Source of the DNA: Planctomycetales bacterium
GTDB lineage: Bacteria > Planctomycetota > JAKEIC01
Direction of reading: 5' to 3'
Assembly (NCBI GenBank): GCA_022614695.1
Contig: JAKEIC010000342.1
Location: 4,012-68,011, forward strand
DNA length: 64,000 nucleotides
Shown here: positions 19,217 through 27,208 of the stretch, one piece after another
How the letters are laid out: each line of letters opens with the position of its first letter
Numbering within the stretch: position 1 is the first letter of the stretch
Program-made: the position numbers and the translations under genes
The notes under the pieces: model-generated
Database searches by the model: none
Seen by the model: only the letters and a program-made list of their open reading frames with translations
Told to the model about the DNA's origin: nothing

Positions 19217-21412
19217 CGGGGCGACGCGGCGCCAATGACGTCTGGTCCCCCCCTCGAGCCTCGCGCCTTCCTCACCGACTTCGGCCTGGCGAAAGCCGTC
19301 GCGACCGGCTCGAAGCTGACTCGGACTGGCGAGGCGCTCGGCACGCCGGCCTACATGTCCCCCGAGCAGGCGCGTGGGGAGATCTCCTCGCTCAGCCCTG
19401 CGACGGACGTCTGGAGCCTCGGCTGCGTCCTGTACGAGCTGCTCGCCTCCCGGCCCCCGTGGCAGGGGGGAACGACGGCAGCCGTCATCGCGGGGGTGCT
19501 CGCTCGCGAGCCCGTCCCGATCCGCAGGGTCCGATCTGACGTTCCGCCGGGCGCGGAGTCGGTCCTGATTCAGACCTTGGCGAAGGCGCAGAGAGACCGC
19601 TATCGCGATGCGGGCCCGCTGCGCGACGACCTCGAGCGGTTGCTCCGCGACGAGCGGCCCCTGGCGCGTCGGCCCGGTCGTCGCCGGCGCCTCGTGCTGG
19701 GACTCGGCGCCGCGACCGGCGCGGCGGCGTGCGTCGTGGCCGCCGCCCTGCCCGGGCCGCCGGCGCTCCCGGCATCGTTGGCCCCTCCGCCGACGGCGGG
19801 GCGCGCGGAGAGCATCGTCCAGGCGGCCCTGCGGGTCCGTCCCGCGGACCCGGCGAAGGCCGCCGGACTCCTCGCGGAGGCGCTGGCACTCGAGCCCGCC
19901 TCAGCGGTCTGGCGGCGGGATCGAGCCGACTGTCTCCGCGAGTGCGGGGAGTGGAGGGAGGCGGTGGCCGAATACGACCGGGTCCTGGCGACCCTCCCCG
20001 GCGACCTCGCGGCCCGGTTCGGCCGAGGGCTCGCGAGGTGGCTCGGAGTCTCGACGGGGGACCGCACGCTCGGGAACCCCAAGCCCGACCTCGGGGACGT
20101 CGGCGCCCGCGACCCGGGCTGGCAAGGAGCCCTCTCCCGGGCCATCCTGGCGCACGACGCGGGACGCTGGGAGGACGCTGAGCGCGAGATCGCCTCCGCG
20201 CGCGATCGCACGGCGGCGCTGGGGATCAGCGCGCTGCTCCGCCACCACGGGGGGACCGGAGACCTGGAGGCACAGCGGCGCGCCATCCAGGAGTTCACCC
20301 AGGCGATCGAGCAGGGACCGCCCCAGCGGTGGCTCTACTACGAGCGAGGACACGCCAAGGAGATCGCGGCCGACCTGCGCGGGGCCCTCGAGGACTATAC
20401 GGCCTCGATCGAGCTGTCCGCGGAGTACAGCTCTGCCCGCATCCGACGCGCCCTCCTGCGGGCAAAGCTCGGGGACGCGCCCGGATCGGAGGAGGACTTC
20501 CAGGTCGCCTTCCGGAACACGACTCCCGATGCCGGACTCCACATCGAGAGGGCCTTCGCTCGCGTGACCTTGGGGCGCCTCGCCGAGGCGCTGGGGGACT
20601 ATGACGCCGCCCTCCGCCTGGATCCGGACAACGCCGAGGCCTATCACGGCCGCTCGAGCGTCCGCAAGGACCTGGGGGATCTCCGGGGCGCCGTCGAAGA
20701 TTGCTCCGCGGCGATCCGTCTCCGTCCCGCCTTTCCTGCAGCCTTGAGCAACCGCGGGGCGTGGAGGATGGCTCTCGACGAACCCCGCTCCGCGCTCGAG
20801 GACTTCGAGGCCTCGCTCCGCCTCCGGCCGAACGATCCGATCGCTCGGTTCAACCGGGGAAACGCGCGGTACGCCCTCGGGGAGCTGGCGGGTGCGGTCG
20901 ACGACTACACGGCCGTGATCCCCATGCGTCCGGACTCCCCGGAGCCGCTGAACAATCGTGGCAATGCCCGCCGCTGGCTCGGTGACCTGGCGGGCGCGAT
21001 CGAGGACTACGGCGCCGCGCTCCGCGTCCAGCCCGGGTTCATGCCGGCGCTCCGCAATCGGGCGGAGGCGCGGGAGAGGCTCGGAGACCTCTCCGGGGCA
21101 CTCGCCGACGCGGAGGCCGTGCTGGCGTCGCGTCCGGGATTCCCTCCGTGCCTCGCGACGCGGGCGCTCGTCCTCGCCCGCTCGGGGCGGCTGGACGAGG
21201 CGCTCACGGAGGCGGCCCGGGCCGTGGCGGCGGGCCCGGCGGCTGCGCCCCATGCCCACGCCGCCCGCGGCTTGGCCCTGCTCCGTCAGGGGAGGCTCGC
21301 GGACGCCGTGGCCGAGTTCGAGGAGTTCGAGTCGCACGCAGGCCGCTACGACCCTGTCCGCCCGGACGCCGCGACTTGGAAGGCGGAGGCCCTCCAGGGC
21401 GCCTCGAAGTAG
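19214..21412 (+). CDS. kinase C-lobe-only - TM - TPR-repeat protein, paralog 4
   Basis: Same architecture and junction as paralog 3. FLTDFGLAKAVATGSKLTRTGEALGTPAYMSPEQ. Confidence 0.7.
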   Translation: MRGDAAPMTSGPPLEPRAFLTDFGLAKAVATGSKLTRTGEALGTPAYMSPEQARGEISSLSPATDVWSLGCVLYELLASRPPWQGGTTAAVIAGVLAREPVPIRRVRSDVPPGAESVLIQTLAKAQRDRYRDAGPLRDDLERLLRDERPLARRPGRRRRLVLGLGAATGAAACVVAAALPGPPALPASLAPPPTAGRAESIVQAALRVRPADPAKAAGLLAEALALEPASAVWRRDRADCLRECGEWREAVAEYDRVLATLPGDLAARFGRGLARWLGVSTGDRTLGNPKPDLGDVGARDPGWQGALSRAILAHDAGRWEDAEREIASARDRTAALGISALLRHHGGTGDLEAQRRAIQEFTQAIEQGPPQRWLYYERGHAKEIAADLRGALEDYTASIELSAEYSSARIRRALLRAKLGDAPGSEEDFQVAFRNTTPDAGLHIERAFARVTLGRLAEALGDYDAALRLDPDNAEAYHGRSSVRKDLGDLRGAVEDCSAAIRLRPAFPAALSNRGAWRMALDEPRSALEDFEASLRLRPNDPIARFNRGNARYALGELAGAVDDYTAVIPMRPDSPEPLNNRGNARRWLGDLAGAIEDYGAALRVQPGFMPALRNRAEARERLGDLSGALADAEAVLASRPGFPPCLATRALVLARSGRLDEALTEAARAVAAGPAAAPHAHAARGLALLRQGRLADAVAEFEEFESHAGRYDPVRPDAATWKAEALQGASK

Positions 21413-21424
21413 GATCGCGTCGTG
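21407..21424 (+). promoter_or_regulatory. conserved junction motif copy
   Basis: AAGTAGGATCGCGTCGTG (one mismatch). Confidence 0.55.
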
Positions 21425-23896
21425 CGCGGCGACGCGGCACCGATGACATCCGGCCCCACAGTCGAGCCTCGCGCCTTCCTCGCCGACTTCGGCCTCGCGA
21501 AAGCCGTCGCGACCGGCTCGAAGCTGACCCGCACTGGCCAGGCCCTCGGCACCCCGGCGTACATGTCACCCGAGCAGGCGCGGGGGGAGGTCTCCGCGCT
21601 CACCCCCGCGACGGACCTGTGGAGTCTCGGGTGCGTCCTCTACGAGATGCTCGCCAGCCGCCCACCGTTCGAGGGCGACACGGACGCCGCTGTGGTGGGC
21701 AACGTCATATTCGCGGAATCGCCGAGGCTGCGGACCCTCCGGGCAGACGTCTCGCAGGGCCTCGAGTGCGTCGTGCGGGTATGCCTTGGGAAACGCGTCC
21801 AGGACCGGCACACGGAGGCGGGGGCGCTGAGGGACGACCTCGACCGCGTGCTCCGAGGCGAGAGGCCGACGGCGCGTCCCGACGGGTCATGGGTGCGGAA
21901 GGCCGCGGTGGCCGCCCTCTGCGTGGCCTCGGTCTCGTGGGCCGCTGCCTACACCTTGCGGGGGCGGGGGCCGGAGGGACTCCCCGCGACAGCCTCCTCC
22001 TCGCCTTCGGCCGCGGAGGCGCTCGCGACCAGGGCCCGGGCCCTGCGGCAGTCGGACCCCCGCCGGGCGGCCGAGGTCCTCCGGGCGGCGCTCGAACGGG
22101 AGCCCTCGCGGGACGACCTGCGGCTAGAGAGGGGCCTCCTCCTCTGGGCGGTCGGAGAGAACGCGGAGGCCCGCGAGGAGTGGGGCCGGATCGGGTACGG
22201 GTCCTCCGAAGGGACGCAGGCGAAGCTCTTCCTCGCCCTCGAAGTGTTCTTCCGGATGGCGGGAGCCGAATCGCGGCCGCACCTCGTGGCCCTGAGGGAG
22301 GCCCCGGGCCGGGTGGGAAGTCTCGCTCGCGGGGCCGTCCGGGTGCTCGACAGTGAGTGGTCGCGGGCCCGGGAGGACCTCAGGGGAGTCGAGGGCTGGG
22401 AGGCGCACCTGCTCCGGGGCTACATCGAGAGTTGGGACCCCGCGGGCGACCGCGCGGCGGCGGTGCGGGCGTACGGGTCCGCACTCGACTCCTGGATACC
22501 CTTCGCCTGGGCCTGGAACAACCGCGGCGTCGCGAGGCGGGCGATCGGGGAGGACGCGGGGGCGGTGGCGGACTACAGCCGTGCCCTCCAGCTGGACCCC
22601 CGCTACGCGGAGGCCTGGAACAACCGCGGCAACGCGAAGGGGCGCCTCGGGGACCACGCCGCGGCTGTGGCGGACCTGGACCGCGCCCTCGAGCTCAACC
22701 CGCGGTACGCGGATGCCTGGAACAACCGCGGCGCTGCGAAGCGGGCCCTCGGGGACTACGCGGGGGCTGTGGCCGATCTCGACCGCGCCCTCGAGCTCGA
22801 CCCGCGGTACGCGACGACTTGGCACAACCGCGCTGTCGCGAAGCAGGCCCTCGGCGACCTCGCGGGAGCGATCGCGGACTACGGACGAGGCATCGAGCTG
22901 GACCCGCGGCTCCCGGCGGCCTGGAGCAACCGCGCTGCCGCCAAGGCCGCCCTCGGCGACCTGGCGGGGGCGATGGCAGACTGGGACCAAACCCTCGGGA
23001 TCGACCCGCAGTTCGCGGAGGCGTGGAACAACCGCGGCGGAGCGAAGCGGCTCCTCGGCGACCCCGCCGGGGCCCTGGCGGACCTGGACCATGCCCTCGG
23101 GCTCGACCCGCGGTCCGCGTGGACTTGGCACCACCGTGGACTCGCGAAGCGCGACCTCGGGGACCTCGCGGGGGCGGTGGCGGACCTGGACCGCGCCCTC
23201 GAGCTCGACCCGCGGAACGCGGGGGTCTGGAACAACCGCGGCCTCGCGAAGCGGGACCTCGGGGACCTCGCAGGGGCGGTCGCGGACCTGGACCGCGCCC
23301 TCGAGCTCGACCCGCGGCTCGCGGTATCCTGGTCGAACCGCGGCGCGGCGAAGCGGCGACTCGCGGACCACGCGGGAGCCGTCGCGGATCTCGATCGCGC
23401 CCTCGAGCTCGATCCGCGGAACGCGGCAGGCTGGGCGGACCGCAGCCTCGCGAAGCGGGACCTCGGGGACCCCGCAGGGGCGGTCACGGATGGCAACCGC
23501 TCCCTCGAGCTCGACCCGCGGAACGCGGCGGCCTGGAACATTCGCGGAGTCGCGAAGAGGGACCTCGGAGACCTCGCGGGCGCCCTCGAGGACCTCTCGA
23601 CCGCGATCCGCCTGGCGCCGGAGGGCCCATTCGGCTACAGCAACCGCGGTCTCGTGTTCGCGGGTCTCGGCCGCCTCGACGAGGCCCTCGCCGACGCCGA
23701 GAAGGCCCTCTCGATGGACCCGAAGGGGCCCTACTACGCCTACGCGGCCCGGGGGCTCGTGTTCATCCGGCAGGGGAAGCACGCGGCGGCCCTTGCCGAT
23801 CTCGAGCGCTTCGAGTCGCTCGCGATACCGGCCGACCCGCTCCGGAAGGACGTCGCCGCCTGGAAGGCGGAGGCGGCGCGGGGAGCGCCGAAGTAG
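21422..23896 (+). CDS. kinase C-lobe-only - TM - TPR-repeat protein, paralog 5 (longest TPR array)
   Basis: FLADFGLAKAVATGSKLTRTGQALGTPAYMSPEQ, about 17 very regular 34-aa TPR units (AWNNRG...DLDRALELDPR). Confidence 0.7.
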   Translation: MRGDAAPMTSGPTVEPRAFLADFGLAKAVATGSKLTRTGQALGTPAYMSPEQARGEVSALTPATDLWSLGCVLYEMLASRPPFEGDTDAAVVGNVIFAESPRLRTLRADVSQGLECVVRVCLGKRVQDRHTEAGALRDDLDRVLRGERPTARPDGSWVRKAAVAALCVASVSWAAAYTLRGRGPEGLPATASSSPSAAEALATRARALRQSDPRRAAEVLRAALEREPSRDDLRLERGLLLWAVGENAEAREEWGRIGYGSSEGTQAKLFLALEVFFRMAGAESRPHLVALREAPGRVGSLARGAVRVLDSEWSRAREDLRGVEGWEAHLLRGYIESWDPAGDRAAAVRAYGSALDSWIPFAWAWNNRGVARRAIGEDAGAVADYSRALQLDPRYAEAWNNRGNAKGRLGDHAAAVADLDRALELNPRYADAWNNRGAAKRALGDYAGAVADLDRALELDPRYATTWHNRAVAKQALGDLAGAIADYGRGIELDPRLPAAWSNRAAAKAALGDLAGAMADWDQTLGIDPQFAEAWNNRGGAKRLLGDPAGALADLDHALGLDPRSAWTWHHRGLAKRDLGDLAGAVADLDRALELDPRNAGVWNNRGLAKRDLGDLAGAVADLDRALELDPRLAVSWSNRGAAKRRLADHAGAVADLDRALELDPRNAAGWADRSLAKRDLGDPAGAVTDGNRSLELDPRNAAAWNIRGVAKRDLGDLAGALEDLSTAIRLAPEGPFGYSNRGLVFAGLGRLDEALADAEKALSMDPKGPYYAYAARGLVFIRQGKHAAALADLERFESLAIPADPLRKDVAAWKAEAARGAPK

Positions 23897-23908
23897 GATC
23901 GCGCCGTG
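23891..23908 (+). promoter_or_regulatory. conserved junction motif copy (before ggt)
   Basis: AAGTAGGATCGCGCCGTG. Confidence 0.6.
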
Positions 23909-25648
23909 CGCGGCCACGCCACGCTCGCGCTCCTCGCGGCCCTCGCCTGCTCGCGACCCGAGCCGGCAGCCGTCCCCGCGGCCGCGGCTGTCTCCGCGCC
24001 CGCCCCCCTCCGCACCGACGCCGCCGTCGCGACGGCCGAGCCGTTCGCCACGCACGCCGCCGCCGACGTGCTCGCCGACGGCGGGAACGCCGTGGATGCG
24101 GCCGTCTGCGCGGCGCTCACGCTCGCCGTCACCTACCCCTCTGCCGGGAACCTCGGGGGCGGGGGGTTCCTCGTCACGTGGGACCCCGGCACCCGCGAGG
24201 CGCACGCGCTCGACTTCCGCGAGACGGCGCCGGCGGCCGCGACTCGGGACATGTACCTCGGGCCGGACGGCAATCCCGACCCGGAGAAGAGCCTCGAAGG
24301 TCACCTCGCGGTCGGGGTCCCGGGCTCGGTCCGCGGGCTCTCCGCGGCGCACCGGAAGTTCGGTCGGCTCCCGTGGAAGAGCCTCGTCCTCCCCGCGATC
24401 CACCTCGCGGAGGAGGGGATCCCCGTCTCGGCCGGGCTCGCGGGCGAGTTCAAGCGCCACGCCGAGAAGCTCGCGAGGTATCCGGCGAGTGCGGCGGCGT
24501 TCCTCAAGGCCGACGGCTCGCCCCACGGGAAGGGCGACTCGTGGAAGCAGCCCGACCTCGCGAGGACCCTCCGCCGGATCGCCGAGGGCCCCTCGGACTT
24601 CTACACGGGCGAGACCGCCCGCCTCATCGTCGAGGAGATGAAGCGCGGGGGGGGGATCCTCGACGTCCACGACCTCTCGTGCTACTCGGCTGCCTGGCGC
24701 GACCCGATCCGGGTGCCGTACCGCGGGCGCGAGGTGGTCTCGATGCCGCCGCCGAGCAGCGGAGGCGTCTGCGTCGGGATGATCCTGCGGGTCCTCGAGG
24801 GCTGGACGCCCGCCGAGATCCGGCTCGACGACCCGGCCGGCGCGCACCGGTACGTCGAGGCGGCGCGGCGCGTCTACGCGGACCGGTCGCAGCACCTCGG
24901 GGACCCGGACCAGTGGCGGGTGCCGCTGGCGTGGCTCCTCTCGCCCGCGTACGCCGCCGAGCGGCGGGCGACGATCCGGATGGACGGGGCGACGGGGTCG
25001 CGTAACGTCGCGCCGGGCGCCGAGCCGAGGCGCGAGGGGGTCCACACCACCCACCTCTCTGTCCTCGACTTCGACGGCCGGGCCGCCTCGCTCACGACCA
25101 CGATCAACTCGGGCTACGGATCGCACGTGACCGTCGGCGGGGCCGGGTTCCTCCTCAACAACGAAATGGACGACTTCTCGGCGAAGCCCGGCGCCCCGAA
25201 CCTCTACGGGCTCGTGGGCGGCGAGGCGAACGCGGTCGCCCCGGGGAAGCGCATGCTCTCGTCCATGGCGCCGACCGTGGTCCTCGAGGACGGCCGCGCG
25301 CGGCTCGTCGTCGGGACCCCCGGCGGCTCGACGATCATCACGAGCGTCTTCCAGGTAGTGACTCGCGTCGTGGATCAGGGCGAGTCCCTGGAGGCGGCCG
25401 TCGCAGCCCCCCGGCTCCACCACCAGTGGCTCCCGGACAAGCTCTTCCACGAGAAGGGCCGGGCGCCCCCCCCGGCCCTCCTCGAGGCGCTCGCGAAGCT
25501 CGGCCACACGCTCGAGCCCCGCCCCGAGATCGGGGACGTCTGCGCGATCGCGGTGGACGGGGCCGGCCGCGCCACCGCCGTCGCCGACCCGCGGGGACGG
25601 GGGCTCGCGAGGACGCTCCCGGCCTGGTCTCGCCCCGAGACCAAGTGA
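23906..25648 (+). CDS. ggt: gamma-glutamyltranspeptidase (lipoprotein-type signal peptide)
   Basis: LAALACS lipobox. TTHLSVLD nucleophile-Thr region, GGSTIITSV, MLSSMAPT. 580 aa. Same junction motif as the preceding array. Confidence 0.9.
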   Translation: MRGHATLALLAALACSRPEPAAVPAAAAVSAPAPLRTDAAVATAEPFATHAAADVLADGGNAVDAAVCAALTLAVTYPSAGNLGGGGFLVTWDPGTREAHALDFRETAPAAATRDMYLGPDGNPDPEKSLEGHLAVGVPGSVRGLSAAHRKFGRLPWKSLVLPAIHLAEEGIPVSAGLAGEFKRHAEKLARYPASAAAFLKADGSPHGKGDSWKQPDLARTLRRIAEGPSDFYTGETARLIVEEMKRGGGILDVHDLSCYSAAWRDPIRVPYRGREVVSMPPPSSGGVCVGMILRVLEGWTPAEIRLDDPAGAHRYVEAARRVYADRSQHLGDPDQWRVPLAWLLSPAYAAERRATIRMDGATGSRNVAPGAEPRREGVHTTHLSVLDFDGRAASLTTTINSGYGSHVTVGGAGFLLNNEMDDFSAKPGAPNLYGLVGGEANAVAPGKRMLSSMAPTVVLEDGRARLVVGTPGGSTIITSVFQVVTRVVDQGESLEAAVAAPRLHHQWLPDKLFHEKGRAPPPALLEALAKLGHTLEPRPEIGDVCAIAVDGAGRATAVADPRGRGLARTLPAWSRPETK

Positions 25649-26883
25649 GCCCGTCCGAGCCCCCGCGCTCGCCGCTCGCGCGCCTCGCCGCCTCCCTCGC
25701 CCTCACGCGCGAGACGGTCGCCGTGCTCGTGGCCGTCTTCTGCCTCGAGCTCGGGGAGGAGCTCTGGAAGGAGTTCTTCCCCGACTACCTCCGGAATTCG
25801 CTCGGCGCGTCGGTCCTCGGAGTCGCGGTCTACTCCGCCGCGCGGAACCTGATGGAGGGGCTGCTCTTCCTGGGCGGCGCCTCGTTCACGCAGAGGCTCG
25901 GCGTCCGTGGGAGCATGGCCGTCGCGACTCTCGTCCCGCTCGCGGGCTACTTCCTGCTGCTCGGGTACGGGGTCCCGGGCCTCGCCGTCGCCGGGGCGCT
26001 CGCCGTCTCCTCGTTCGAGGCGCTCTCGGTCCCCTCGACGTTCGTGGTCGTGGGAGCGAGCGTCCCGAAGGGGAAGCGGACCCTCGCGTTCGCGATCCAG
26101 AGCATCCAGAAGCGGCTGCCGAAGATCGTCGGCCCCGCGCTCGCCGGCCTCGTCGTCGCCGCCTCGGTCCGCCTCGGGGGCGAGAGGGCGGGGCTCCGGC
26201 GCGGGATGCTCGGGCTGGTCGGGGCCGGGATGGCGCTCGCGTGCGTCTCGCTCGCTGTCCAGTGGTGGCTCCTCGCCCGGGCGACCCCGCCCCGCCCGCC
26301 CGCCCCGTGGCGGGCGGCCTGGCGCGCGATGGACCCCTTCCTCCGGAGGCTCCTCCTCTCCGAGTGCCTCGTCCGCTGGTGCGACTGGATGGTGCGGGAC
26401 TTCGCCGTCCTCTACGTCGTCTCGGAGCTCGCCCGGGACCGGGCGGAGTACGGGGGCCTCGTCGCGCTCCAGATGACGGTCGCGCTCGCGACCTACATCC
26501 CGGTCGCGTTCCTCGCGGACCGCGGGCGGGAGCGGCCGCTCATCGGCACGACGTTCGTCTTCTTCGCGCTCTTCCCGCTCGTCCTCTGGGGAGGCTGGAT
26601 CGTCGCCGGTCCGGCCGGTCTCGTCCTCGCCTACGTCGTGAACGGCCTCCGCGAGATCGGGGAGCCGGCCCGGAAGGCGATCATCACGACGCGCTTCCCC
26701 GAGGAGGTGCGGGCGGCGGGCGTGGGACTCTACTGGGGGATCCGCGCGTTCGTCCTCTGCCCCGCCCCGCTCGTCGCCGCCGCGATCTGGACGGCGGCCT
26801 CGCCCGGGGCGGTCCTCGTCGCGGCGTTCGGGTTCGGGGTGGCGGGGACGGCGATCTACGCGGTGACGGCGAGGAGATCCTAA
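25645..26883 (+). CDS. MFS-family transporter
   Basis: GTG 25645 overlaps the ggt stop (GTGA). About 12 predicted TM segments. Upstream part of ORF 25426..26883 is out-of-context read-through. Confidence 0.7.
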   Translation: MSPSEPPRSPLARLAASLALTRETVAVLVAVFCLELGEELWKEFFPDYLRNSLGASVLGVAVYSAARNLMEGLLFLGGASFTQRLGVRGSMAVATLVPLAGYFLLLGYGVPGLAVAGALAVSSFEALSVPSTFVVVGASVPKGKRTLAFAIQSIQKRLPKIVGPALAGLVVAASVRLGGERAGLRRGMLGLVGAGMALACVSLAVQWWLLARATPPRPPAPWRAAWRAMDPFLRRLLLSECLVRWCDWMVRDFAVLYVVSELARDRAEYGGLVALQMTVALATYIPVAFLADRGRERPLIGTTFVFFALFPLVLWGGWIVAGPAGLVLAYVVNGLREIGEPARKAIITTRFPEEVRAAGVGLYWGIRAFVLCPAPLVAAAIWTAASPGAVLVAAFGFGVAGTAIYAVTARRS

Positions 26884-27206
26884 CCGGCGACCGGCTGCTC
26901 CGACACGAGCACGTCCTCCCCCTCGACACGCACCTCGTGGCGCGAGACCTTGCCGCCGGGCCGCGTGAGGCAGTCGCCGGTCGTCGCGTCGTAGGTCCAG
27001 CCGTGCCAGGGGCAGGTGACGACCTTGCCCTCGAGCATCCCCTCCCCGAGGGGCCCCCCGCGGTGGAGGCAGGTGTTGTCGAGCGCGTGGAACGTCCCGT
27101 CCACGTTGAAGAGGGCGAGCGGGCGCCCGGCGACCGTGACGGTCCGGGCGTCTCCCGGTAGGAGGTCCTTCGTCGTGGCGACCTTCACGAAGCCGGGGAT
27201 CTCCAC
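26880..27206 (-). CDS. Rieske-type [2Fe-2S] ferredoxin (NirD-like small subunit)
   Basis: CLHRGGPL...CPWHGW. 108 aa. GTG 27206 preceded by AAGGAGGTGA. Forms the tail of artefact ORF 26880..29204. Confidence 0.75.
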   Translation of the reverse strand: MEIPGFVKVATTKDLLPGDARTVTVAGRPLALFNVDGTFHALDNTCLHRGGPLGEGMLEGKVVTCPWHGWTYDATTGDCLTRPGGKVSRHEVRVEGEDVLVSEQPVAG

Positions 27207-27208
27207 AG

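Noticed and set aside
13606-25507. Very long minus-strand ORFs (13606..15150, 14702..19096 at 1464 aa, 19901..21337, 22124..25507 at 1127 aa) and plus-frame ORFs (15372..16682, 15790..16743, 22353..24641, 22357..25005 etc.) across the TPR array
   Set aside because: Antisense or off-frame readings of GC-rich, highly periodic TPR coding sequence, Arg/Gly/Pro/Glu-dominated. The sense-frame TPR/kinase-fragment genes have clear motifs.
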